Positions 1 through 9,101 of a DNA stretch of 59,661 nt are shown one piece after another. Source of the stretch: a virus (lineage: Duplodnaviria; Caudoviricetes); the IMG/VR virus record IMGVR_UViG_3300049173_000082, positions 1 to 59,661 of that record; one strand, written 5' to 3'. The number at the start of each line of letters is the position of its first letter. Positions within the stretch are counted from its first letter, which is position 1. Made by a program: the position numbers and the translations under genes. The notes under the pieces were generated by a model that was given only the letters and a program-made list of their open reading frames with translations, was not told the DNA's origin and did not search any database.

Positions 1-1
1 C

Positions 2-115
2 GGCGAGGAGCTGGAGGAGCTGGCGCGCCAGCTCCGCGACGACGAGGGGGCCTGCCGGGTCTGGGCCTCCCGGTACGCGGAGAAGGCGCGGTCCGAGCCC
101 ACCGCTGCAGCCTGA
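2..115 (+). CDS. C-terminal end of an ORF (GEELEELARQLRDDEGACRVWASRYAEKARSEPTAAA*), probably the tail of the 57961 ORF
   Basis: Frame 2 open to TGA 113-115 with GC3-rich codons; reads as a plausible continuation of ...AFRSTGN at the window end. Confidence 0.7.
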   Translation, partial: GEELEELARQLRDDEGACRVWASRYAEKARSEPTAAA

Positions 116-146
116 CGTCTCACCTCTCACCTCACCCCGTCTCACC
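116..146 (+). repeat. CTCAC(C) repeat array upstream of traB (candidate TraB recognition site/clt)
   Basis: cgtctcacctctcacctcaccccgtctcacc; same motif recurs downstream of traB. Confidence 0.65.
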
Positions 147-170
147 ACCCTGACCTGCAAGGAGGTCGTC

Positions 171-2228
171 ATGCAGCTCAAGTCCTTCACCACCCTCGCG
201 GGTCTGGGTGTGACGGCGCTTGCCGCCGTCGTGCTGGCACTGTTCCGCACTTTCATGGAAGGCCCACCGCTGTGGGCGATCGCCGTCGGCTGCGGCGGGG
301 TGATCGCGCTGGCGGCATGGTGGTGGCATGGCGAGTTCGGCCGCGGCGAGACCTACATCGAGTTCTCCAGCGCGTCGCGTCGCGCGATGGCCCACACGAT
401 CACGTTCGCGGCGCTGGCGCATTGCGTGTGGCTGCTGTGGACCCTCGCTGACCTGGGCTCATGGAAGGCGCATGTCCTCACGCTGATTGGAATGGCGCTG
501 GCGGAGTGGGTGGTGGCGGCCGCGTGGGACTACCGCCTCACCCACCTCCTTCCGCCGGTCAAACCGGTGGCTGAGGTGGAGGTGTTCGAGCCGACGCTGG
601 TCTCCAACGAGCAGCCTCACCTGCGTACCGCGGACGACACGATGCAGCGGATCCTGGAACGCGGTGGGTGGCCGTATGTGCTGGTCACCGAGGTGAACAT
701 GCTGCCGGATGGGCACAAGGGCGCCACGTTCGAGTGCCTCGCGCTCAGCCCCCGGGCCGCGTTCGAACTGACCGGCAAGGAAGTCACCAAGGTAGAGCCG
801 CTCGCGCTCGGCCAGGAAGAACGGCTGGCGGGCGCCGCCCAGGAGGAACTCGGCCGACGCCTCAAGAAGAGGTGGGTTCGCATCCAGGAGACCGAGTACC
901 CCGGTCTGGTCCGCGCCACGATCGCCCTTGAGGACATCTTCGCCAAGCCGCTGAAGTACGAGCTCAACAACGAGTTGCTCCCGCGCGGTTCCCACATCAC
1001 GATCGGCACGCAGGTTCACGGCGAGCCGGTGATGCTCAACCCTTACCAGCACATGGTGATCTGCGGTGCCACCCAGTCGGGCAAGACATCGCTGGTCAAC
1101 GTCGTGATCGCCGAGCTGCTCCGTCTGCCGGGCCGGGTGCAGGTGTGCGGCAAGGAGAAGATCTACGACATCGCCGGCCAATGGCTGGACCCGCACCTAG
1201 GCACCGACAACGACCTGCCCCTGGACTGGGTTGTGCAGGGACTGGGCGACACACTGAAGATGCTGGCCAGCGCGATGCTGGAGGCCCGCTGGCGGCAGAA
1301 CCTTGATCACCACGACCGCGTGGGAATCGACCCGCTGTGGGTCGTGGTCGAGGAAGCACCCGCAGTGCTCAACGACCGGGATCTGACGGTGAACGTCGAG
1401 GGCCATGAGTACTTCGCCAGCGAGCTCGCCGCCCACAACACCCGCACGACCACCTCGTCAGAGGTGTACTTCGTGTTCCTGGCGCAGGAGTACGACAACG
1501 CCATGTTCGGCGACGCGGCGGCGAGCATCAAAGCCAACTCCAACGCCGTGATGATCATGCGGTCGCGTGCCGGTGACGAACGCTCCCGTGCCTTCGGCCG
1601 AGGCGGCGCGGCGATGCCGAACCTGCACCATCCAGGCGAGTTCTACATCCAGGACGGGGCAGAGCCCTACGCCGGCAAAGCCCCGTACATCCAGGAAGCC
1701 GACCCGCGAAAGCCGCGTCTGCACAACGGGCCCACGCTGGCGGAAGTCAGCATCGCCAGGTCGCAGCTGGTGGCGGCACGTTCACAGGGCCGGATGGCAC
1801 CCCCGTCGACGGACTATGCCGAGCGCCCCAAGCGGATGACCGACGAATACCGGAAGTATCTGCAGGCCAAGCGGTCACTGCCCGCTGCGGGCAGCACCAG
1901 CACGCAGGCGCCCGTGCTCACCGCAGCAGACCCCGTGTCACAGGTAGATGCCGCGATCGCAGCGATGGAAGCCCAGCTCGACCAGCGCGACTCCCGACGA
2001 CTGCACATCGTCGACAGTGAGCCGAAGCAGCCTGGACCGCGACAGCAGATCGCCGACCTCGTCCGCGAGGCAGGCCGCGAGATGTCCCGCGCCGAGATCA
2101 TCGCCGCGCTGGAGGACGTGTCAGAGTCGTCGATCGACAACCACCTGTCGGAGCTCGTACGACAGGGCCGCCTGGCACGAGTTCCGAACCAGCCCGGCGT
2201 GTACATCAGCGGCGAATCCGCCGCCTGA
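171..2228 (+). CDS. traB: TraB-like conjugative FtsK/SpoIIIE DNA translocase
   Basis: N-terminal TM helices, Walker A GATQSGKT, Walker B-like WVVVEEAP, C-terminal winged helix (MSRAEIIAALEDVSESSIDNHLSELVRQGRL); RBS aaggagg; spd/GntR context. Confidence 0.85.
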   Translation: MQLKSFTTLAGLGVTALAAVVLALFRTFMEGPPLWAIAVGCGGVIALAAWWWHGEFGRGETYIEFSSASRRAMAHTITFAALAHCVWLLWTLADLGSWKAHVLTLIGMALAEWVVAAAWDYRLTHLLPPVKPVAEVEVFEPTLVSNEQPHLRTADDTMQRILERGGWPYVLVTEVNMLPDGHKGATFECLALSPRAAFELTGKEVTKVEPLALGQEERLAGAAQEELGRRLKKRWVRIQETEYPGLVRATIALEDIFAKPLKYELNNELLPRGSHITIGTQVHGEPVMLNPYQHMVICGATQSGKTSLVNVVIAELLRLPGRVQVCGKEKIYDIAGQWLDPHLGTDNDLPLDWVVQGLGDTLKMLASAMLEARWRQNLDHHDRVGIDPLWVVVEEAPAVLNDRDLTVNVEGHEYFASELAAHNTRTTTSSEVYFVFLAQEYDNAMFGDAAASIKANSNAVMIMRSRAGDERSRAFGRGGAAMPNLHHPGEFYIQDGAEPYAGKAPYIQEADPRKPRLHNGPTLAEVSIARSQLVAARSQGRMAPPSTDYAERPKRMTDEYRKYLQAKRSLPAAGSTSTQAPVLTAADPVSQVDAAIAAMEAQLDQRDSRRLHIVDSEPKQPGPRQQIADLVREAGREMSRAEIIAALEDVSESSIDNHLSELVRQGRLARVPNQPGVYISGESAA

Positions 2229-2232
2229 AAAC

Positions 2233-2329
2233 CCGTCTCACCTCACCTCTCACCTCACCTGTCTGGAGATGTTGTTCATGCAGGTAGAGACGTGTGTCCG
2301 CAGGTGAGGTGAGAGGTGAGGTGAGACGG
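2233..2329. repeat. Perfect 29-bp inverted repeat built from CTCACC units (candidate clt)
   Basis: ccgtctcacctcacctctcacctcacctg (2233-2261) and its exact reverse complement (2301-2329), 39-nt spacer, directly after the traB stop. Confidence 0.85.
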
Positions 2330-2351
2330 CCATAACCCCGGAGGAGACCCC

Positions 2352-2606
2352 ATGTTCGGACGCTCGAAAGTCATGCACATCCCCGACGCCGACGACGCCA
2401 CGATGGCTGCGTTCGAAGCCCACGAGATCAATGAACTCGTCGCGTACTGCGGTGCCAGGATCGCCCGCGGTTGGCTGTTCGGCGTCGGCGGCGCCCGCGC
2501 GGATGCGCCGATCTGCCCGGTGGACGCTGAGGCCGATGGCTGGGACTGGGATCCGGAGAACGGGGTCTGGCTGTCCCCGTACGACGAGTACGAGCAGGCA
2601 CGCTGA
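2352..2606 (+). CDS. Hypothetical protein
   Basis: 84 aa ORF with RBS ggaggag. Confidence 0.7.
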   Translation: MFGRSKVMHIPDADDATMAAFEAHEINELVAYCGARIARGWLFGVGGARADAPICPVDAEADGWDWDPENGVWLSPYDEYEQAR

Positions 2607-2765
2607 TGCGACGACCTGGTCACCGGCGCGCTATCTACGACGACGCCGAGTTCCGCGAAGCCAACCGCTGACCAACCCGTCCGAGCCCGCCGTCTGAGGG
2701 AGCATTCCCCGTCACCTGTGCTTACGATGCCTGCACCCGCTGGCACCGCCGCCCAGGAGGCCGAC

Positions 2766-2978
2766 ATGCTCATCGTCCGTGACCGCCGCGACGGCCATGC
2801 TGTCTCCTGGGGCACCGACCACGACCGCATGCGGGAGATCGCCGCCACCGACCCCAGCTTCGAGGCCGTCTCAGACCTCGGCGCGAGCCGCTACTACTGC
2901 CACGTCCAGCGGCAGGGCATGGCCTGGGTGCACCCCTACGACCAGGACGCCCAGCGGTACGCGGAGATCAAGCCCTGA
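2766..2978 (+). CDS. Hypothetical protein
   Basis: RBS aggagg before ATG 2766; TGATG coupling to the next ORF. Confidence 0.65.
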   Translation: MLIVRDRRDGHAVSWGTDHDRMREIAATDPSFEAVSDLGASRYYCHVQRQGMAWVHPYDQDAQRYAEIKP

Positions 2979-3208
2979 TGCCCACCTTCGTCCGCCTCGG
3001 CCGCGACGACCTCAACGCCCTCGCCGCCTGGCTACGCGACCAGCTCGATGACGACCGGTCCGGCCGCGCGCACGCCGCGATCCTCGAGGCCATCACACCG
3101 CACCTGCACCAGCACACGGCCGTCGGCCAGCTCGCCCGCCACACCCTCATGCAGCTCGCCACGATCTACGACCAGCAGCCCGGCTACCGCGACGACTGGC
3201 GACCCTGA
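2978..3208 (+). CDS. DUF6221-like small actinobacterial mobile-element protein
   Basis: LAAWLRDQLDDD ... TLMQLATIYDQQPGYRDDWRP resembles the DUF6221 termini. Confidence 0.6.
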   Translation: MPTFVRLGRDDLNALAAWLRDQLDDDRSGRAHAAILEAITPHLHQHTAVGQLARHTLMQLATIYDQQPGYRDDWRP

Positions 3209-3209
3209 C

Positions 3210-3431
3210 TTACGCTTCGACGCGCTCCCACCGCGGGCCGGCGAGTTCTTCCTGCTTGAGCACGCTCGGCTGTAGCTTGCCGTCGGGACGCTCCCACCAC
3301 ACCTGGTCCGGCCACGCCAGCCACCGTCCGCCGAGCGGCTGATCCACGCCGTCGATCTCGCGGTAGATCACGGCCTGTGCCACGTCCAGCTCGTTCGGCA
3401 GCACAGCCACCGCATCCCAAGCATTCGCCAC
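3210..3431 (-). CDS. Hypothetical protein
   Basis: 73 aa ORF convergent with 2978..3208. Confidence 0.55.
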   Translation of the reverse strand: MANAWDAVAVLPNELDVAQAVIYREIDGVDQPLGGRWLAWPDQVWWERPDGKLQPSVLKQEELAGPRWERVEA

Positions 3432-3456
3432 GGCGCGGAATCCTACCGATGCACAG

Positions 3457-3487
3457 CGGCCCCCGAACCAGCTCGGTTCGGGGGCCG
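3457..3487. terminator. Intrinsic terminator hairpin ending the leftward early operon
   Basis: cggcccccgaacc-agctc-ggttcgggggccg, perfect 13-bp stem. Confidence 0.8.
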
Positions 3488-3499
3488 TCAGTTCAGCCG

Positions 3500-4126
3500 T
3501 CAGCTGGTCGTCGCAGCGAAGGTCTCTGGGCGGCGCAGCAGCCTGTTGATGACCTCCCGCAGCTCAGGACAGCCGGTCTTCTCGCTGCTGCTCCGGCTGC
3601 CTTGTGGGCGGGCCCCGTACTTGCAGTCACAGCCGTCGATACCGTCGCCGATGTTTGTGCACACCTTGCGCCTGACCTTCTCCAGTGCCGCCGCCAGCTC
3701 GCGGTTCGTCTTCAGGTTCTCGGCGCAGAACCCGTAGTCAGGTTCCCACTCGAACAACCTGACCAGTCGCTCGGGCGCCGTCGGCTCCGGCTCTTCGAAG
3801 CAGCCGCGAAGCTGCTTCGGGAACCCGTCGATGTCGAGGCTGGCCGGGCACGTGAACTTGCCTTCCATCACGCCATGCCGGAACGGCCCGTACTCTCCGA
3901 GCCCCCCACCGCCGTGGGCGTAGCCGATCAACGTTCTGATGGTCGCGTCCGGCTCAACGTTCTCTGTGACCTTGTACGCGTACCAGTTCTGGTTGCCGTT
4001 CCGCACGTTCTCGTAGATCAGTTCCTGCAGCTTGCCCAGCTCAGCTTCGTTGCCATCCCATCGCAGCCACGTATGCCACGGCTCCGTCCCGTCATAGCTG
4101 TCCTTCGTGAACAGCACGTACTCCAT
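3500..4126 (-). CDS. Hypothetical phage protein
   Basis: 208 aa, RBS ggagggg. Confidence 0.75.
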   Translation of the reverse strand: MEYVLFTKDSYDGTEPWHTWLRWDGNEAELGKLQELIYENVRNGNQNWYAYKVTENVEPDATIRTLIGYAHGGGGLGEYGPFRHGVMEGKFTCPASLDIDGFPKQLRGCFEEPEPTAPERLVRLFEWEPDYGFCAENLKTNRELAAALEKVRRKVCTNIGDGIDGCDCKYGARPQGSRSSSEKTGCPELREVINRLLRRPETFAATTS

Positions 4127-4177
4127 CGGTTTCCCCTCCAGCTCGGATGGTCTTCTATCGGCAGCAAGGCAGCGTTG

Positions 4178-4630
4178 CTACAGCACCGCGGTGAGGAACG
4201 CTGCGACGCCGAGCCATGCCCAGTGCCAGGACTGGTCCAGCGCGTACGCCCCGGTGCCGAGACTCGGGTTGTCGTCCCTGCCCGCGCGTGGCGCGCCAAG
4301 GACGTAGAACGGGGTCTTGCCGGTCAGCGCGGCGAGCCAAGCGAGGGTGAAGCGCCGGTCGGCCCAGTAGTGCGTCACCGCGGACACCAGCTGGCCGGCG
4401 GCGAAGCCCAGCCAGGTGATGTCCAGGTTGAACACGCCCCACAGCGAGAGCACGGCCGCCGCGGTGACCGCCGTGTACGACGCCACGTGCCGTGCGCACG
4501 CGAGCCGTCCCACGTTGCCGCGCTGCTCCTTGGTGGCGGCCTGGTGCCCGGTTTGCACCCAGTGATCCGCGACCTGGTGTGCGACCAGCAGGCTGACCGC
4601 CACCCCGGCGAACGTGCCGATGTCCGTCAC
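4178..4630 (-). CDS. DUF3307-family membrane protein
   Basis: AHQVADHWVQT, HVASY, THYWADR and ALDQSWH motifs. Confidence 0.8.
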   Translation of the reverse strand: MTDIGTFAGVAVSLLVAHQVADHWVQTGHQAATKEQRGNVGRLACARHVASYTAVTAAAVLSLWGVFNLDITWLGFAAGQLVSAVTHYWADRRFTLAWLAALTGKTPFYVLGAPRAGRDDNPSLGTGAYALDQSWHWAWLGVAAFLTAVL

Positions 4631-4821
4631 GCCTCCACCTTCCTGAGTCCGTCTTGCGGGGTGAGGCCGAGCATCTCGAGGAGCCGCGCGCAGTCCTCAG
4701 CGTTGATGGCGTTGTGCGCGACCGTGAGTGCGGCCTTGCGTGCCCGCTCGTCCGCGATCTTCTTTTTGAGCGGGTCGGGTCTGATCGCGCTATCGGCGTC
4801 GAGCATTGCCCCGTCCATCAC
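4627..4821 (-). CDS. Hypothetical protein
   Basis: GTGA-coupled small ORF. Confidence 0.6.
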   Translation of the reverse strand: MMDGAMLDADSAIRPDPLKKKIADERARKAALTVAHNAINAEDCARLLEMLGLTPQDGLRKVEA

Positions 4822-5219
4822 GCCACCTCCACAGTCAGCCACGTCTTCGGGCCGGGCTCAGGCGGGTAGTGGATCTGTGGGGACAGCACCGTCACGAAAT
4901 CGTCGGAGTCGTCTGGCACGAGCTCAAGCCCGACCCAGTCGCGTCGCTTCCCGCGGGCCAAGGCGTCGACGCAGGCTTTCACCGTCGGGTGGAGGTTGTG
5001 CGAGTCCATCCGTGTGCGCCGGCCGGGCGCGTAGTGCAGCTGGACGGTGAGATGCTTGCCAGCAGGGATGCGGGCGTTCTTGGCCAGCAGCATCACGGTG
5101 AGGCGGATGTCCTTCACGATGCGGGCCTTCGCGTAGAAGCTGCCATGGCTGCCGTTCGATCGCAGCGGCGGCCGCTCCCACGGCAGGTCGAGGCGATAGG
5201 TCGTCGACGGCTCGGTCAT
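4818..5219 (-). CDS. rusA: RusA-like Holliday junction resolvase
   Basis: RMDSHNLHPTVKACVDAL...LVPDDS catalytic pattern. Confidence 0.75.
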   Translation of the reverse strand: MTEPSTTYRLDLPWERPPLRSNGSHGSFYAKARIVKDIRLTVMLLAKNARIPAGKHLTVQLHYAPGRRTRMDSHNLHPTVKACVDALARGKRRDWVGLELVPDDSDDFVTVLSPQIHYPPEPGPKTWLTVEVA

Positions 5220-5668
5220 GAAACCCTCCCGGCCCGGCGTTGCCTGGCGACCGCGAGGTCGTGCTCCGCCTGAAGCCGCACCCAGAACCCCGCGCTGACA
5301 CCGAGACCGCGCTCCAGGTCGAGGGCAGTGTCTGGTGTGATGCCCTTCTTGCCGTTGATGATCAGGTTGATGACCTGAACCGACCGGCCCGCCTTCTCCG
5401 CGAACGCGTGCTGCGTCAGCCCTCGCGCCTTGAGCTCCTCACGCAGGATCTCGCCGGGGTGGATGCTCCAGTCTGGGCTGAAGGGGGCGAGCAGGCCGGC
5501 GGTGGCCAAGGCGGAGCGGATGTACTCAGGCATGCTCACGCCGTGGTAGTCGGCCGGGTCGTTCTGGATCCGCCACTCGTCGACCGCGGTGCGAATGGTC
5601 GCGGCGACAAGCTCGTCGAACTTGCCTGCGTCGGCTTGGGGTGTGGTGTCAGCCGCCACCGTTCTCAC
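5216..5668 (-). CDS. HigA-family XRE HTH (antitoxin-like) protein with N-terminal extension
   Basis: IHPGEILREELKARGLTQ...IINGKKGITPDTALDLERGLGVSAGFWVRLQAEHDL. Confidence 0.85.
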   Translation of the reverse strand: MRTVAADTTPQADAGKFDELVAATIRTAVDEWRIQNDPADYHGVSMPEYIRSALATAGLLAPFSPDWSIHPGEILREELKARGLTQHAFAEKAGRSVQVINLIINGKKGITPDTALDLERGLGVSAGFWVRLQAEHDLAVARQRRAGRVS

Positions 5669-6125
5669 CGCCCGCCCGCTGGAGCCGGTCGATCTCCGCC
5701 GCGATCAGCGCGCCCGCCTTCACCAGCTCGCGCACCCTGTCATCGGTCGGCTTCCACGCGGTGATCGACCACGGCCACAACGTCGGCGCAGCGCCATCGA
5801 AGTGGTAGCGCCGCATCGTCGGCGGTAGCGCGTAGCAACACGCCGCGATCGCGAGGCTCTCGCCCGCGTGCCCAGCGTCGTGCTCGGGCGTCCAGCCCTC
5901 GACCTCAACCTGCCTCTGCCGCTCGGCCGCGATCAGCTCGACACCGGTTTGCTGCAAGGGTTGGAGCGATTTGGAGTTCGCTTGGAGTTCGCTGGCCGCG
6001 ACCCAGTCCGGGCGCTCCTCTGCCTGAATCGGGTCGAACACCGTGTAGCCGCACTGCGGGCAGCAGCGCTGGTTCTTCCTCATCTCGTGGCGGCACCTCT
6101 GGCAACGCCAACCGACCCAGCTCAT
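5649..6125 (-). CDS. Conserved phage hypothetical protein with N-terminal Zn ribbon
   Basis: CQRC...CPQC, then IAAERQRQVEVEGWTPEHD...RELVKAGALIAAEIDRL. Confidence 0.75.
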   Translation of the reverse strand: MSWVGWRCQRCRHEMRKNQRCCPQCGYTVFDPIQAEERPDWVAASELQANSKSLQPLQQTGVELIAAERQRQVEVEGWTPEHDAGHAGESLAIAACCYALPPTMRRYHFDGAAPTLWPWSITAWKPTDDRVRELVKAGALIAAEIDRLQRAGGENGGG

Positions 6126-6358
6126 CGGGTGTTCCCTTCGTCTACAGAGGAAGAGGGCGGGAGAGCGTCGGCGCACTGCTTGCACAGCGGCATCTCGACC
6201 GGTGCTTCGATCGGCTCGTCGACCTCCGGGTCGGGGAGGTTGTAGGTGCGCTCGCAGACGGTGGCCCACAAGGTCATGTGCCCGAGGGAGCCGTAGCTCT
6301 CGATGTAGTGCGCGCGCGTCCACCTTGGCAGCGTGTAGCGCTTCCGGGTCTCACCCAT
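6122..6358 (-). CDS. Small hypothetical protein (CxxC)
   Basis: MGETRKRY...MPLCKQCAD; coupled overlaps. Confidence 0.6.
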   Translation of the reverse strand: MGETRKRYTLPRWTRAHYIESYGSLGHMTLWATVCERTYNLPDPEVDEPIEAPVEMPLCKQCADALPPSSSVDEGNTR

Positions 6359-6803
6359 CGGTTCCGCCTTCCTGCTCGACCTCGGGGATGTCGAGGTCCC
6401 ACAGACCGAGGCGGCCCTTCGCTGGGATCGGCTCGGCCAGCAGCCGCGCGTTCGCCAGCTTCCAGTGTGTTTCTCCGACGTTCGCCCACGGCCCGCACTC
6501 ACAGTTCGCCAGCTGGTCGTCACGGGACGCCGTGCACACGCCGACAACGTCCACGACCGCCAGCACCAACCCGGTGTCGCAGTACGGCCTGTCGTCCTTG
6601 AGGTACGCGGGCAGCGTGCGGCCGAGGTCGCGGGCGGTGCGCACCACATGCTTCAGCCAGTGCTCTTCCGGCTGGTCCCACCGCGCGCTGGAGTGGATCG
6701 CCAGCGGACCACGGTGCGACGTGGCGCGAGACCGGTTCTCGATCGTCTTGTGGCCCATGGCGATCGCCCAGGCCCAGGGTTGCTTGACGCTCAGCACCTT
6801 CAT
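6351..6803 (-). CDS. ASCH domain protein
   Basis: LSVKQPWAWAIAMGHKTIENRS...RGPLAIH...PIPAKGRLGLW. Confidence 0.9.
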   Translation of the reverse strand: MKVLSVKQPWAWAIAMGHKTIENRSRATSHRGPLAIHSSARWDQPEEHWLKHVVRTARDLGRTLPAYLKDDRPYCDTGLVLAVVDVVGVCTASRDDQLANCECGPWANVGETHWKLANARLLAEPIPAKGRLGLWDLDIPEVEQEGGTDG

Positions 6804-7108
6804 CGGTCGGTTCCACCTCCCTGAGAGGGAGACGGGAAGCGCAGGGCTCGAACCGCACGCGCGAACCGCACCGGGTTCCAGAACCAGCTCAACGTCTCCC
6901 AGTGGTCGATCGTGTAGTCGAACGGAACGTCCTTGACGTACGACCAGATTCGCCCGTGTTCGCAGCGCCGCACGTCGCCCGCCTCGGCCTGTGTGCCGGG
7001 GAACGGGCCGCCGGGCACTGCCTCTCCGTGCTCATGCCGAAAGGTTCGCGAGCACCCAGCAGAGCAGCGCTCCTTGGCGGTCTCGATGCTCCCAACTCGC
7101 AGCTTCAC
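6800..7108 (-). CDS. Hypothetical protein
   Basis: Coupled ORF, GTG start. Confidence 0.55.
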   Translation of the reverse strand: MKLRVGSIETAKERCSAGCSRTFRHEHGEAVPGGPFPGTQAEAGDVRRCEHGRIWSYVKDVPFDYTIDHWETLSWFWNPVRFARAVRALRFPSPSQGGGTDR

Positions 7109-7112
7109 CGCT

Positions 7113-9101
7113 TCACCGCTTCGCCTCGGAGATCGCTGCCACGATGTCTTCGACTGCGTCGGCTGGCGCCAGCACCACACGCTCAGTCTCCTTAACGGGG
7201 CGCGAGCTGACGATCCCCCACGCCTCAAGGAGATCCGTCAGCCGGCCCGCCTTCGCGAAGCCGACCCGCAGGCGCCGCTGCAGCGCAGTCGTCATCGCGT
7301 TCCGGCTCTCCAGCACGTACCGCACGGCCTCGATCAGCAGCGCCCGGTCCGCGCCAGGGTCAGGTCCGATCCACGCGCGCGGCGCGGTCAGCTCCTTGTG
7401 GACCTCGCGCACCAGCCCGATGAAGTCCTCCGGCAACGACTCGACCTCGTCGCTATTGCGGTCGCCGTGCGGGACATCATCGAACGCCTCCGCGCGGGCC
7501 TCGTCCTCCAGAGCTGCCTCGGCCCGCAGCCGATCGGCGACCTCGGCAGGCACCGCGCCCAGGCAGTCCGTCTCCTCTGGTACGACCAGCAGACGCAGCA
7601 GCGGACCGGCCGCCTGTTCGATCGACTCGTCGCTGTAGGCCACGCCACCGGTGTTGCGTACGGGCCGCATGCCTTCAGCATCTCGGCGCCACACGAAGTT
7701 CGTGCGGTCGAGCGCGAATTCACCGACACTCCAGCGTGCCGAGGCTGCATCTTCTCCTGGCCCGTAGTGGCCCCAGCATCCGTTTGTCTCAGGCACGCGC
7801 CGCTCGACGCAGACCTCGCCATCGTGCACCTGGCCGCACACGACCGGGGCTGTTTCTCCCTCTGGCCGGTCCACGCTGGACGGAACAGCGACCGCGGGCT
7901 GCCCTGGGAGCAATGCCCGGCGTGCGACCTGGATCGCCGCCATCGCCTGGTCCTTGTAGGTACCGCCTGACACGTCTACGCCAGCGATCGCACCGGCGAC
8001 CTCAGCTTCCAGATCCCAGAGACCCGTGGCGGCGGGTGATTCCGGGGTGGCGGGTACCGACTCCGAGCTAGGCGCGGGGGATTCGTCCTCGGCCCAGCAT
8101 CCCGGTCCGTCCGGGCGCAGCAGCTGAGTCACGTCGTCTGCGAGCTCCTCGGCGTCGAGGTCGTCCACGCCGCGCTCGTTGATCAGGCGCAGAAGCTCTA
8201 CTCGCTCTTCAGCCGAAGGTGCCGCCGTTGCCGCGGCGAGCTGTGCACGGAGAGCGTCGAGCTCCGCCACGGCTCTGTCGCGTTCGCTCCGGACGGCGAG
8301 AGCGCCGTGCTGAACCGACCACTTGTCGTCCAGTCGCAACGCCTGCCGGGTCTTCGCGATCCGTTCCTCCGTGAGCGCCAAGGCGCGCTTCAGTTCGGCG
8401 ACGTCCTCGACCGCGTCGTAGTAGTCAGTCGGCGAGTCCTGCGACCGGTCGCGTCCGAGCACATCGTTCAACGCGCCCTGGCGGATTCCCATGTCCGCGC
8501 GGAGTGCGTCGCGCTGCTGCACGAGAAGCTCAACCGCGTCGACGAGGCCGCGGTCTTCAGCCTCCAGCCACTCAGGATCGAAGGCCTTCTCGACCAGAGC
8601 CTCGATTCGCAGCAGGAGCTGGTGGTACGTGTCGCGCCATCGAGCCACCTTCGCGAGGTCGGTGTCGTCACAAGCCGACCCGGTGGCCGCGATCCGCACA
8701 TACCGCACCGGCTTGCCGTGCTTCTCCGCGTACGCGATCTCGTTCCGCGTGGACTCGCCGACGTAGCCCGTCTCGTCCGACACCACCACGACCTCATCCG
8801 CGAGGTCGATCTTCCGGAAGTGCAGCTGGTCCAACGCCACCTTGATCGGCTCGGCGAGCTCGTCGGTCGCCCACCGCGGACCCGGGTGCTTCATGTTCAC
8901 GAACAGGCACACGACCTTCGGCAGCGAGTTGTGGGACAGCACCGCATTCGCGCTGTCGACGAGCGCGGCCAGGTCGTCCAACGCGACCGCCTTACCGCCG
9001 ATGTCGCAGACCCCGACGGTGTGCGCCTTCATCGCGGCAGACACCCGCTCAACAGCGCCTCGGATCGCGCTCTCCGCCCAATGCACCCTCACGGTCTTCA
9101 C
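7113..9101 (-). CDS. Mosaic protein: nucleoside-deoxyribosyltransferase/DUF4406-like domain, coiled coil, C-terminal FtsK gamma domain
   Basis: LHFRKIDLADEVVVV..GYVGESTRNEIAYAEKHGKPV; C-terminal EAVRYVLESRNAMTTALQRRLRVGFAKAGRLTDLLEAWGIVS. Confidence 0.7.
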   Translation of the reverse strand: MKTVRVHWAESAIRGAVERVSAAMKAHTVGVCDIGGKAVALDDLAALVDSANAVLSHNSLPKVVCLFVNMKHPGPRWATDELAEPIKVALDQLHFRKIDLADEVVVVSDETGYVGESTRNEIAYAEKHGKPVRYVRIAATGSACDDTDLAKVARWRDTYHQLLLRIEALVEKAFDPEWLEAEDRGLVDAVELLVQQRDALRADMGIRQGALNDVLGRDRSQDSPTDYYDAVEDVAELKRALALTEERIAKTRQALRLDDKWSVQHGALAVRSERDRAVAELDALRAQLAAATAAPSAEERVELLRLINERGVDDLDAEELADDVTQLLRPDGPGCWAEDESPAPSSESVPATPESPAATGLWDLEAEVAGAIAGVDVSGGTYKDQAMAAIQVARRALLPGQPAVAVPSSVDRPEGETAPVVCGQVHDGEVCVERRVPETNGCWGHYGPGEDAASARWSVGEFALDRTNFVWRRDAEGMRPVRNTGGVAYSDESIEQAAGPLLRLLVVPEETDCLGAVPAEVADRLRAEAALEDEARAEAFDDVPHGDRNSDEVESLPEDFIGLVREVHKELTAPRAWIGPDPGADRALLIEAVRYVLESRNAMTTALQRRLRVGFAKAGRLTDLLEAWGIVSSRPVKETERVVLAPADAVEDIVAAISEAKR

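Noticed and set aside
171-2228. Chromosomal FtsK or type VII secretion EccC
   Set aside because: Single ATPase domain, non-gamma wHTH, spd/GntR context and no host genes nearby
3377-5050. 557-aa plus-strand ORF
   Set aside because: Antisense shadow of several well-supported minus-strand genes; typical high-GC artefact
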